From contig OZ244922.1 of the NCBI GenBank assembly GCA_965221905.1, positions 928,001 through 992,000 on the forward strand: a stretch of 64,000 nucleotides of DNA. Reading direction: 5' to 3'. Source of the DNA: Chloroflexota bacterium. Its GTDB lineage: Bacteria > Chloroflexota > UBA11872 > VXOZ01. The translations under genes were made by a program, and so were the position numbers. The notes beneath the pieces are model-generated. The model did no database searches and was not told the origin of the DNA. It saw only the letters and a list, made by a program, of their open reading frames with translations. The stretch's first letter is position 1, and each line of letters begins with the position of its first letter. Positions 52,363-61,272 of the stretch are shown piece after piece.

Positions 52363-52935
52363 TCACGCGCTCACATTCTTTGGCAAGCTGCCGGTCGTCA
52401 CATCAGTAGCGAGCAGCTCGCCTAGCACATCCACATTGTTCACCACCCCCTTTCCAGCGACTTTGCCATCGGCATCGACCACGAAACCGTACGGCGTCCA
52501 ACTACTGCCGTACAAGTCGGCTATCTCGTGCTCCTGCTGGATCACCAGCGGACACGAGAGCTTGAATTCTGCAATCATCTCCCGGTTCTGCTCGTGGCTG
52601 CCGCCGCTTACGAGCACTAAGCGCGCGCCACGTTCCTGGATGCGGTCCATCTCCCCATTGAGGCTTCCAAACAGTTCCTTGCAGGGCGGGCAGGTGGGAT
52701 GGACGAACAGCACCAGCAGCCGTTCGCCAACCATGGTCTCCAGGTCAACCGCCCCATTGAGACCCTCTCCCTGGAAGAGCGGCGCTTTGTCACCGACCGC
52801 GATACCGTTCTCGCGCTCTTCCCCGACGCGTAGGCGCAAATCGCCAATCTGCCGCATGAGGCCGATGACGACGAAGGCGAGCAGGCCGATGAGGACCCAT
52901 TGCAACAGGTACGATGCCAGCCAGATGCCTTCCAT
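52363..52935 (-). CDS. MauD-like membrane-anchored thioredoxin-fold protein
   Basis: W...LMRQIGxLxxRV N-terminal signature, GxxVGxxAP, FVHPTCPPCK, TPYGFVVDxxG and KGVVN; AGGAGG RBS. Confidence 0.88.
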   Translation of the reverse strand: MEGIWLASYLLQWVLIGLLAFVVIGLMRQIGDLRLRVGEERENGIAVGDKAPLFQGEGLNGAVDLETMVGERLLVLFVHPTCPPCKELFGSLNGEMDRIQERGARLVLVSGGSHEQNREMIAEFKLSCPLVIQQEHEIADLYGSSWTPYGFVVDADGKVAGKGVVNNVDVLGELLATDVTTGSLPKNVSA

Positions 52936-52980
52936 GACTTCTGCCTCCTGGTCCACTTTGGCGACCGGTTGCCGTTGATG

Positions 52981-53106
52981 CTTCGACCCTTCGACAAGCT
53001 CAGGACAGGCAAGCTCAGCACGAACGGATACGCGAATGCTCACCATAGTGTGTTAGAGCCTAGCCCCTCCGCCCCGCCTGGATTCCGGCTTGCGCCGGAA
53101 CGACGG
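52981..53106. repeat. Nested family B copy plus a family A half between mauE-like and mauD-like genes
   Basis: CTTCGACCCTTCGACAAGCTCAGGACAGGCAAGCTCAGCACGAACGG; CTGGATTCCGGCTTGCGCCGGAACGACGG. Confidence 0.85.
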
Positions 53107-53120
53107 ATAGTTGCTTTCCT

Positions 53121-53663
53121 TCAATATGATTGGGAAATAGTGCGCAGCCGCAGCAGTTCGGCGGCGACGAAAGCCACCGCCCACGCCCCGACCACGAACA
53201 AGGTAGCTCCTGCCACGCTGCTGGCGTCCCCAGTGAGGCCGGCCTCCACTAGCCAAGTTGCACCGGCAGTGGGCGCCAGGAGTACAAGCAATGTCAGGAT
53301 GACGACCTGCTTGATGATGGTGGCTTTGCCCAGCGGCTGACGGCCCGCGCCGAAGCAGTAGCAATCGATCCCGCCCCGGCCCTGTGCTAACGCCACGGAC
53401 GAGGCTACGATGAAAGCTGCCACTAGGCTTACGCCCAACCACACACCCCATGCCACGGCAAGGCCCGTGACGAGCAAAGTGCCGCAGATGAGTTCCAATA
53501 CGGGGATCGCGCCACTCACCGGCTGGAGCGCGCGCGCCGGCACAAGACCAAATCCCTGCGCGGCTGCTTTTTACTCGGACAGGTGCAGCAACTTGGCGGG
53601 GGCAGCAAGGAGAAAAACGCCACCCACCAGGAATTGGAGCACGAGCACGCCAGTTGCAAGCAT
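53121..53663 (-). pseudogene. MauE/DoxX-family membrane protein with an in-frame TAA at codon 31 (53571-53573)
   Basis: MLATGVLVLQFLVGGVFLLAAPAKLLHLSE*KAAAQGFGLVP...IPVLELICG...IDCYCFG; GGAAGGA RBS; same frame throughout. Confidence 0.85.
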
Positions 53664-54159
53664 TAGCCCGTTCCTTCCAGATCGTGAAGGCTCATTCAGA
53701 TGAACCTTCACGATCCCCTACCCCTCTCACGTACATTTGTAGTAGTTCAAATGTAGCATACAATTGACCAAAGTCAAGCAATAAGACATCGAAAATAGTA
53801 ACAACATGTCACATACGCAAAAAACCTCCGATTACTTTTACAGAGCACGTAGCGGGCAAACACGTCAGGCGTCCGCCATGCTAATTTTCCACTTCCGTTG
53901 CCGGCTAGCGCAGATTAGTCCCAGTGCCCTGTGTGCGATCGCCAATAAAGAGACGCCTACAGCGAATGCGTAGTATCCTAAGGGAAGAAATCTGTTATCC
54001 GTCCGAAGGCAAGAGTCACGCACGGCTATGACTGTGGAACAAGACGGTATACGCGCGTGACTCTTGTGTCTACGAAAGCGAGTTAGCGGTTAATGGTTAG
54101 TCACAGAGCTAACCAAACTGTCATACTTCGGTTCAGATTGGTAAAAAGCGTAAGACTGC

Positions 54160-54918
54160 ATGCGTGCACAGGGTTCGGCAAATCGCGACCGTTTCGATGA
54201 ACTCTATCTGGCGACATACGCCGACTTGACCGGCGACCGTTACACGGTGCCGGAGGTGGAGGCTATCGAGCGGTTGCTGGAGCTGCGGCCGGGGTCGACC
54301 TTGCTTGATCTGGCGTGCGGACAGGGCCGCCATCTCATTCACCTGGCGATCCAGGGCTATTCCGTGATCGGGTTGGACCGCTCAGACGTGCTCATGCGCC
54401 AGGCATACAAGGACGGGCAGATACGCGGTTTGGACGTCAACCTTGTGCAGGGCGACATGCGCGCGCTGCCGTTCGACTGCGCGTTCGACGGTGTCGTCAA
54501 TTGGTTTACGGCGCTTGGATACTTGGAGAGCGATGAAGAAGACCAGAAGGTGCTGAACGACGTGGCGGCGGTGTTGCGTCCCGGCGGCCGTTTCGTGATG
54601 GAGATGGCTAATCCGATTCAGACCTACCAGAAGCAGGCCTGGGAGGACTCGGAGATGGCATCCACCGGCTACGCCATGGTGAATAGGAATCGCATGGACT
54701 ACGAGACGGGATGCCAACACACGAGCCGCGTCATAATTACGCCTGATGGCGAGCGCATCGAGCGCGAACTCAAGGTGCGCGTCTACCTGCCGCATGAGCT
54801 CGAGCGCATGCTGAATATTGCCGGCATGGAACGGCTCGGCTTCTTCGGCAGCCTGGATGGTGAGCCGCTGGCGCCGGAAAGCAGCCGTCTTATCCTTACC
54901 GCCAGGCGGATGGCATAA
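54160..54918 (+). CDS. Class I SAM-dependent methyltransferase
   Basis: LDLACGQGRH, GDMR, FTALGY and LRPGG motifs; same subfamily as 24754..25503. Confidence 0.92.
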   Translation: MRAQGSANRDRFDELYLATYADLTGDRYTVPEVEAIERLLELRPGSTLLDLACGQGRHLIHLAIQGYSVIGLDRSDVLMRQAYKDGQIRGLDVNLVQGDMRALPFDCAFDGVVNWFTALGYLESDEEDQKVLNDVAAVLRPGGRFVMEMANPIQTYQKQAWEDSEMASTGYAMVNRNRMDYETGCQHTSRVIITPDGERIERELKVRVYLPHELERMLNIAGMERLGFFGSLDGEPLAPESSRLILTARRMA

Positions 54919-55005
54919 CCGGACGAAGTAGATGAGACCGGCGCATCGGAAGAAAAATGCGGCGGCTTGCGAGCAAAATTTGATGCGGTGACTGGCGAGG
55001 AATAG

Positions 55006-55485
55006 ATGCTACAGCGTCCTATGGTGTGGAAATCGCTCTTATACGGTGGCGGGATGGGGCTGGCGGTGCTGCTGCTGGTTGGCATTCCCAGCGGCGTAAT
55101 CCCGAACCAATTCTTCGTCCGCCCGCTCGATGCGCGGCCCACGGACTACCTCTTCCTTGGCATCATTACTGCCTTGGCGGTTGTGCTGGGCGCGACGTAC
55201 GGCGTGCCGACGGTCTGCCCGCCTCAGGATACGAAAGCGCTCGGCAGTGGGCTGCTGCTTTTCATCGGTGTCGGCTGTCCGGTCTGCAACAAAGTGGTGC
55301 TTGCCTTGGCAGGCGCCAGCGGCGCGTTGACCTATTTTGAGCCGATCCAGCCGCTCTTTTCGCTTGGTTCTATCGTCTTGATGAGCGTCGCGCTCGTGCT
55401 ACGCGTGCGTGACATTAGACGCTCGACAGGAATTGGACAACCTGCGGCTGCAGCGATACAGCCGTCACCGCCTCCCCGCCAGTGA
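55006..55485 (+). CDS. Small integral membrane protein with a CPVC motif
   Basis: GxPSGVIPNxFFxR and GCPVCNKVVLxLxGASGALTYFEPIQP; 4-5 TM helices. Confidence 0.8.
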   Translation: MLQRPMVWKSLLYGGGMGLAVLLLVGIPSGVIPNQFFVRPLDARPTDYLFLGIITALAVVLGATYGVPTVCPPQDTKALGSGLLLFIGVGCPVCNKVVLALAGASGALTYFEPIQPLFSLGSIVLMSVALVLRVRDIRRSTGIGQPAAAAIQPSPPPRQ

Positions 55486-55561
55486 CGCTTTTTCCACCTC
55501 TGAGCTAATGCCGTAGCACGACAGGTGCGACTACGTCGCTATTTCCATCACGAGGGACCAT

Positions 55562-57421
55562 ATGACGATGGGACGATCCAGACACGCTCTAGCCTATTTG
55601 CTTCTCTTTGCGCTTGCGACCATTCTCGCGTTGACCGCGTGTGCAACTGCCGAGCCGGCAACCACGCCGAGCCCAACTCCGCAACCGACCACCGAAACCG
55701 CTCAGCCTGCAACGCCTGTCCCCAATCCGACGCCCCAGGTGTTTCGTCTCACAATTTTACATAACAACGATGGTGAATCGCAGTTGATCAATGCCGGAAG
55801 GGGTCTTGAGGACTTCGGCGGCGCGGCTCGCTTTGCCGCGCTGGTGGCGAAACTGCGACAGGAAGCGCAAGAGAGCGGCAGTGGCGTGTTGGTGCTCTCG
55901 GCCGGTGATAATTTTCGGGCGGGCCCGGAGTTCAGCGCTAGCCTGGCGCGCAGGTCCGCGCCCTTCTACGACATTATTGCCCTCGATCTGATTGGCTACG
56001 ACGCAATCGTGCTGGGAAACCATGAGTTCGATTTCGGCCCGGACGTCTTGGCAGATGCAATTCGCGGTTCCTCATCCCAGGCCCCATTTCTCAGCGCTAA
56101 CCTGGACTTCAGCGGCGAACCGCGCCTGGCCGAACTGGTAGCTACAGGGCGCATTGCCAGCAGCACTATCCTTGCAGTTGGTGGTGAGCGCGTCGGCGTG
56201 ATCGGCGCCACCACGCCGGGGCTGCCCTATCTATCTAGTCCGCGCAACGTGCGGGTGGCGCAAGACGTGGCGGCGGTCGTCCAGCGCGAAATCGACGCGC
56301 TGCAAGCGGCGGGCGTGAACAAGATCATCGTCGTGAGTCACTTGCAGGGCGTTGCGGGCGATCTTGCGCTTGCTGCCGCGCTGCGTGGAGTGGACGTAAT
56401 GATCGCCGGAGGCGGCGATGAGCTGCTGGCGAACGCAGGCAATCTGTTGCTTCCAGGTGATAGGGAAGAAATATTCGGCCCGTATCCGCTGCTGGTCCCG
56501 GATGCTGACGGTAGGAACGTACCGGTGGGGGTTGCGCCCGGACGGTACACCTACGTGGGTCGTTTGATTGTTGAATTCGATACAAGTGGAGTCGTCACGG
56601 CGATTGATCCCGCCAGCGGGCCGATGCGCGTGGTAGGGGGTGATTACCCCGATGCCGTGGAACCTCATGCGGCAGTGCAGGAGCAGGTAGTGGCGCCGGT
56701 GGCGGACTTCATCGGGGCGCTGGCACGAACTCCGGTCGGTATCGCGGAAGTGCCCTTGGACGGTCAGCGCCGTTCAGTGCGCTCGCGCGAGACCAATCAG
56801 GGCAATCTCATTGCCGACGCGCTGCTCTGGCAAGCCAACGTATTGGCTGACCGCTACAACGTCCCGGCGGCGCACGTGGCGCTGCAAAACGGCGGAGGCA
56901 TTCGCAACGACACCGTGATTCCACCAGGCACGCTGTACGAACTCGATGTCTTTAGCATGGCCCCGTTCTCGAATTTCCTTGCAATCGTCCCGGACGTGCC
57001 GGTGGAGCAGTTCAAGGAGATTCTTGAGAATGCCGTTTCGCGGGTCGAGCGCGGCGATGGCCGCTTTCCGCAGATTGCCGGTTTCACTATGACCTGGGAT
57101 CCGAACGGTACCGCACAGGCGCTCGATGACGACGGGCAGGTGGTCACGCCCGGCACGCGTATACGCAGCGTGCAACTTGCCGACGGCACGTGGCTGGTGC
57201 AGGATGGCGACCTTGTGGCCGATGCCGGACCGGTGCACGTGGCGACGCTCGACTTCCTCGCGCGCGGCGGCGACGAGTACCCGTTCCGCGGCGCGGCGTT
57301 CGTCACACTTGGGGTCACGTATCAGCAGGTCGTTGCTAACTACATCGTCCAGGGGCTCGGCGGCGTCGTGTCGGCGGAGCGCTATCCCGCAGGCGGCGAG
57401 GGCCGCATCCGTTCGCCTTGA
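55562..57421 (+). CDS. 5'-nucleotidase / metallophosphoesterase lipoprotein
   Basis: LTAC lipobox, Pro/Thr linker, LHNND, AGD, GNHEFD, SH, NGGGIR and GGDxY motifs. Confidence 0.94.
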   Translation: MTMGRSRHALAYLLLFALATILALTACATAEPATTPSPTPQPTTETAQPATPVPNPTPQVFRLTILHNNDGESQLINAGRGLEDFGGAARFAALVAKLRQEAQESGSGVLVLSAGDNFRAGPEFSASLARRSAPFYDIIALDLIGYDAIVLGNHEFDFGPDVLADAIRGSSSQAPFLSANLDFSGEPRLAELVATGRIASSTILAVGGERVGVIGATTPGLPYLSSPRNVRVAQDVAAVVQREIDALQAAGVNKIIVVSHLQGVAGDLALAAALRGVDVMIAGGGDELLANAGNLLLPGDREEIFGPYPLLVPDADGRNVPVGVAPGRYTYVGRLIVEFDTSGVVTAIDPASGPMRVVGGDYPDAVEPHAAVQEQVVAPVADFIGALARTPVGIAEVPLDGQRRSVRSRETNQGNLIADALLWQANVLADRYNVPAAHVALQNGGGIRNDTVIPPGTLYELDVFSMAPFSNFLAIVPDVPVEQFKEILENAVSRVERGDGRFPQIAGFTMTWDPNGTAQALDDDGQVVTPGTRIRSVQLADGTWLVQDGDLVADAGPVHVATLDFLARGGDEYPFRGAAFVTLGVTYQQVVANYIVQGLGGVVSAERYPAGGEGRIRSP

Positions 57422-57462
57422 TCCAGGCCACGGGCGGGCTTACTCTCCCCATGAAGTAGCAG

Positions 57463-57497
57463 ATGGGATGGTTCCCTCTAGATGGGAACCATCCCAT
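57463..57497. terminator. Perfect hairpin between convergent genes (bidirectional terminator candidate)
   Basis: ATGGGATGGTTCCC-tctagat-GGGAACCATCCCAT. Confidence 0.7.
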
Positions 57498-57538
57498 TGT
57501 GCATTTTCTCTCATTCGCTTTCGAGGAGCGGGAGAAAC

Positions 57539-58675
57539 TTACTCGGTAGAGCAATTGGGGTAGTTGTCTCGCTCGGGCTCAGTAGTTGCCGGATAGGGCG
57601 GCCCGATGGTAATGCGTTCGAAGAAGCCCTCATCGGCAGCGGTCACGTTGCACCAGTAGAAGCCGAGGGCCTGGAAGGTGGGCCAATTCGGTATGTGCCA
57701 CCACTGCTGGAGGGAGGCATCGTAAGCGAAGATGCGGTCATCGCCGCCGTCGAAGCGACGCGCGAGCATGTTCGGCTCAGGCAAGCGGTCATCCAAGGGT
57801 ACAGCGGCGAGCACTGCTGTTGGCACCGTGTACTGGGTGTTGACGACATTCCAGTCGATGGCATGGATCAGCGGGCTGGTGGGCGAGACCCAGCGGCGGA
57901 CGACGCGGTTGTCGCCCTCATGGCGGACGATGATATAGGTCTGGCCGAGGGGAGTGTCGCGGATGACGCCGACGAGGATGACTCGAGAGCCGTCCATAGA
58001 GACCCAGCCGATCCCAAGTTCGAGAGTACCGTCGGGCTGGCCGTGAAGGTCTATGCGGAGTTTGTCGCCGGGCAGAACGGTGGCGGTAGCAGCGCTGGTG
58101 CTGCCAATGACGGGATTTGGTGTGGGTGCACCCCGTGATGTAGCCCGTGGCGCAGGCGAATTCCCATCAGGCTGCCGGCTATCACGCCGCTCAAGTACCC
58201 GGACACTTGCTTCGGAAGGACCTCCGACATTGTAGCCGTCGCCAGGTAAGACGGTAACTGTTAATGTCCGGCCCGCTAAGACCTGTGTTCCCGTGTCCGG
58301 GCCAGTGACCACACTTATACGTGCAATCTCTGCGGGGGTAGCATTGTCAATGAGTCGTAGCTCTGTATCATGTGAATTAAAGTATGACGGTCCTTGAACT
58401 GTGAATCGAACGTTGATTGTGACTCCATCGGCAGGTACACTGCTGGCTGAGAAAACAAAGGGGATCTCTTGCCCTTCCGTCACAGTGCTAACCGAGGAGC
58501 GAACCGTTACGGAGGGTAGTTCATCTGTCTGGGCCCGCGCAGGCATCGCCACGACAATGTAGAGAATGACTGCGAAGAGGAAGGGGATTACCAACCAGGT
58601 TGACAAAAGCCCTACCCGGGCACTAATCCCATTCTGCAGTTTTGCAGTTGGATCAACGTGCAATAGCTTCATCAT
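57539..58675 (-). CDS. Secreted/surface protein: signal peptide, Ig/Calx-beta-like domain, linker and an unknown C-terminal domain; start approximate
   Basis: Hydrophobic signal ending ARA|Q; VTEGQ...LTVTVLPGDGYNVGGPSEASVRV is Calx-beta-like; Pro/Thr linker. Confidence 0.75.
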   Translation of the reverse strand: MMKLLHVDPTAKLQNGISARVGLLSTWLVIPFLFAVILYIVVAMPARAQTDELPSVTVRSSVSTVTEGQEIPFVFSASSVPADGVTINVRFTVQGPSYFNSHDTELRLIDNATPAEIARISVVTGPDTGTQVLAGRTLTVTVLPGDGYNVGGPSEASVRVLERRDSRQPDGNSPAPRATSRGAPTPNPVIGSTSAATATVLPGDKLRIDLHGQPDGTLELGIGWVSMDGSRVILVGVIRDTPLGQTYIIVRHEGDNRVVRRWVSPTSPLIHAIDWNVVNTQYTVPTAVLAAVPLDDRLPEPNMLARRFDGGDDRIFAYDASLQQWWHIPNWPTFQALGFYWCNVTAADEGFFERITIGPPYPATTEPERDNYPNCSTE

Positions 58676-58720
58676 AGAGATCGAAACCATTAATGAGTAC
58701 GACACAAAACAATGCTAGCA

Positions 58721-58751
58721 TGTATCAAATATTGACACAATATTTGATACA
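58721..58751. promoter_or_regulatory. Perfect 14-3-14 AT-rich inverted repeat (operator candidate)
   Basis: TGTATCAAATATTG-ACA-CAATATTTGATACA. Confidence 0.6.
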
Positions 58752-58985
58752 AACCCACTAGAGATTGTTTGACAAGAATGTGTTCAATTGGGCCTTGCGG
58801 CTCCAAGCCAATCTTGGCGACTCAGGCTAGCCTGAGTGGGACACATTGATTGCCATTGACCGCTTTCCAGAATAGAACGCAGGCCTCCATATCTGGAGAC
58901 CTGCGTGCCGCAAGCGTAAACATCAAGTGCCAGTCGTTAAGTCGGAATGACGAGTCTAGTTTCGGCCCTGAAAGCTCGTAGATGG

Positions 58986-59225
58986 CTATTCGATAGTTAT
59001 CCGCTCGGCCTTGGTTTTATCGTCTTTGGCGCGGGTCTCGACCCGGATTTCCACGCCGCGGCGGATGAAGTCGAGGATAGCGTTCGCCTTTTGGCTAAGC
59101 GTCTCCTGCAAGTTCTCAAACGCATCGCCGGGCGAGTTGCGCAGCTCGATGGTGACGCGGAAGAATGGCTGCTCCGCCGGGCCCTTGTGGGCATCCCCGT
59201 TGCCGTTATTGGGTGTATTCTCCAT
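58986..59225 (-). CDS. Small hypothetical protein (79 aa)
   Basis: AAGGGG RBS, GC-rich third positions, AT-rich promoter-like region upstream at 59330-59420. Confidence 0.6.
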   Translation of the reverse strand: MENTPNNGNGDAHKGPAEQPFFRVTIELRNSPGDAFENLQETLSQKANAILDFIRRGVEIRVETRAKDDKTKAERITIE

Positions 59226-59449
59226 GACAATGAACCCCTTTCTTGTCGGTGCTGCCAGGTGGTATGTGCCGCTCAAACGCACTCTACCTGCGAGATCTTC
59301 AGGGCGTCACTCGATTAACCATCCGGTAGCAACTGGTTATCAAATTTCTTAATTCAATTATAACCATATCAAGATATATGATGCAAGAGATTTCAAAGAT
59401 ATTCTTTAAAGAAATGTATGTATAGGTGTAGCATCCACCAAGAAGACGC

Positions 59450-60190
59450 TTATTCTGCGAATAGATCGATCCTTACGGCTTCGACTCTGGCGAGGACTGC
59501 CGCCGCTTCTTGCTCCAGGGAAAGTTGGCTGGTGTCGAGCACGATGGCATCGGGCGGTTGTGCAAGCGGCGCCGTCTCTCGACTGCTGTCAATCTGGTCG
59601 CGGCCAGCGAGGTTCCGGGCGATGTCGTTGGAGGAGATTTCCGTCCCCCGTCCTGCGAGCTCCTGTTGGCGGCGCTGCGCGCGGGTGGCGAGATCGGCCT
59701 GGAGAAATACTTTCACCTCGGCTTCCGGACAGACCACGGTGCCGATATCGCGTCCCACCATCACCACGCTCTTCTGTCGGGCCAGGCGCTGTTGCAGGGG
59801 AAGCAGCGCGGCACGCGCTTCAGGCTGCGCTGCGACCTGCGACACATTCGCATCAACTGCGGGCGAACGGATCGCCCAGGTGACGTCTTCAGTGCCGAGC
59901 AAGAGCGTGAACTGGCGGTCATCGGCGGGTCGTGTTCTGGCGCGTCGCCTACCGGGGACAGTAGGCGGCTCTATGCGGACATCCAGCGTGCCTGCGAGCG
60001 CAGCCAGCGCGGGACCATCCTCCACGGAAACCTGCCCGCGCAAAGCAGCCAAGGTCAGGACGCGGTAGAAAACGCCGGTGTCTACGAAGAGGTAGCCGAG
60101 CCGGGCAGCGAGGAGGCTGCCCAAGGCGCTTTTGCCCGAACCGGCGGTACCGTCGATGGCGATCGTGAGGCGAGGTTCATTATTGGTCAC
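59450..60190 (-). CDS. cmk: Cytidylate kinase
   Basis: IAIDGxAGSGKS, DTGxxYR, GRDIGTVVxP, RDxxDSxR and APL motifs. Confidence 0.96.
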   Translation of the reverse strand: MTNNEPRLTIAIDGTAGSGKSALGSLLAARLGYLFVDTGVFYRVLTLAALRGQVSVEDGPALAALAGTLDVRIEPPTVPGRRRARTRPADDRQFTLLLGTEDVTWAIRSPAVDANVSQVAAQPEARAALLPLQQRLARQKSVVMVGRDIGTVVCPEAEVKVFLQADLATRAQRRQQELAGRGTEISSNDIARNLAGRDQIDSSRETAPLAQPPDAIVLDTSQLSLEQEAAAVLARVEAVRIDLFAE

Positions 60191-61034
60191 GATTGCGATT
60201 TCCTACTGCGCCGCTGACGTGCGATGGGTCATCGCTCCCTCGTGCATTCGAGGTGGCGGGAGTCTCACCCCTGCTGTGCGGTGCGGGTGCAAAGGCTTTG
60301 CGTTCCGAGTCTGGGGATTGCGGCGATTCGCGCCAGTGCTCGATCTCGGCTTCAGTCAGCGGTCGCAATTGACCTGGGCCCAGGTTTCCCAGACTTACCG
60401 GCCCAATGCGGATGCGGATCAGGCGCCCGGCGTGTTTGCCGATCGCCGCGAGCATCTGGCGAATCTGCCGCTTGCGCCCCTCGGTTAGGGTCAGCGAGAC
60501 CCACGTGTCTTCGCCTTCGCGATCCATCATCCGAACGGCGACCGGCTTGAGCCGATAGCCGTCAATGGTCATCGGCGCTCGCAGCGCGGTCCGCTGTTGA
60601 GCGGTCAGCGTACCGTACACGAGGACATTGTACTGTTTCTCGCCGCCGTAACGCGGATGCGCGACTCGATTCGCCCACTCGCCGTCGTCCGTAAAGAGGA
60701 GTAGCCCTTCGCTCCGATAGTCCAAACGACCCACGGGCGCCAAGTGCGCGCAGTTGGCGGGCAGCAGGTCGTATACGGTGCGCCGGCCATGGGGGTCGCC
60801 GCGCGTGGTCAGGAACCCGGTCGGTTTGTGCAGAGCCAGGTAGGTGGACGCGGCCGGCGGAGCGACTTTCCTGCCGTCCACCATTACTGTGTCGAGCTCG
60901 GGACTCACCTTTGAGCCAAGCTCCGTAATTGTCTTTCCGTTTACGGTTACCTGACCCTGGGTAATCAAACGCTCTGCGCGGCGGCGGGATGCTACGCCAC
61001 AGCGAGCAAGGTATTTTTGTAAGCGTTCCTGCAT
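60180..61034 (-). CDS. rluB: RsuA/RluB-family rRNA pseudouridine synthase
   Basis: ERLQKYLAxxGVASRR (S4), HKPxG, VGRLDxxSEGLLL and EGRKRQIR motifs. Confidence 0.9.
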   Translation of the reverse strand: MQERLQKYLARCGVASRRRAERLITQGQVTVNGKTITELGSKVSPELDTVMVDGRKVAPPAASTYLALHKPTGFLTTRGDPHGRRTVYDLLPANCAHLAPVGRLDYRSEGLLLFTDDGEWANRVAHPRYGGEKQYNVLVYGTLTAQQRTALRAPMTIDGYRLKPVAVRMMDREGEDTWVSLTLTEGRKRQIRQMLAAIGKHAGRLIRIRIGPVSLGNLGPGQLRPLTEAEIEHWRESPQSPDSERKAFAPAPHSRGETPATSNARGSDDPSHVSGAVGNRNRDQ

Positions 61035-61272
61035 GTGCTTAAGTATACAGGGTCTTAATTGCTTGACGGCGGCCGACCAAAACCGCCCTGCGCCACTTGC
61101 CCGAAGATGTCTGGAGTTTGCCCGCAGGAGCGTTGACATCACAAAATGCCAATGACCTCCTATGCTTGCGGCCATCTCCTCGCGTTGACAGCGTCCGCAG
61201 CCGCGTGCTACGTTCTGCCCGTTAGCTTTAATAGAAACCTGAACGAAGCACAATGGCAAGAGAGGAAAATTC

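Noticed and set aside
52936-53046. N-terminal extension of the MauD-like ORF (ACPELVEG)
   Set aside because: It is a translated family B repeat; the ATG at 52935 has an AGGAGG RBS and matches the family N-terminus.
51959-53663. Genuine methylamine dehydrogenase (mau) cluster
   Set aside because: No mauB or mauG; the core is only 60 aa with one Trp, so TTQ cannot form.
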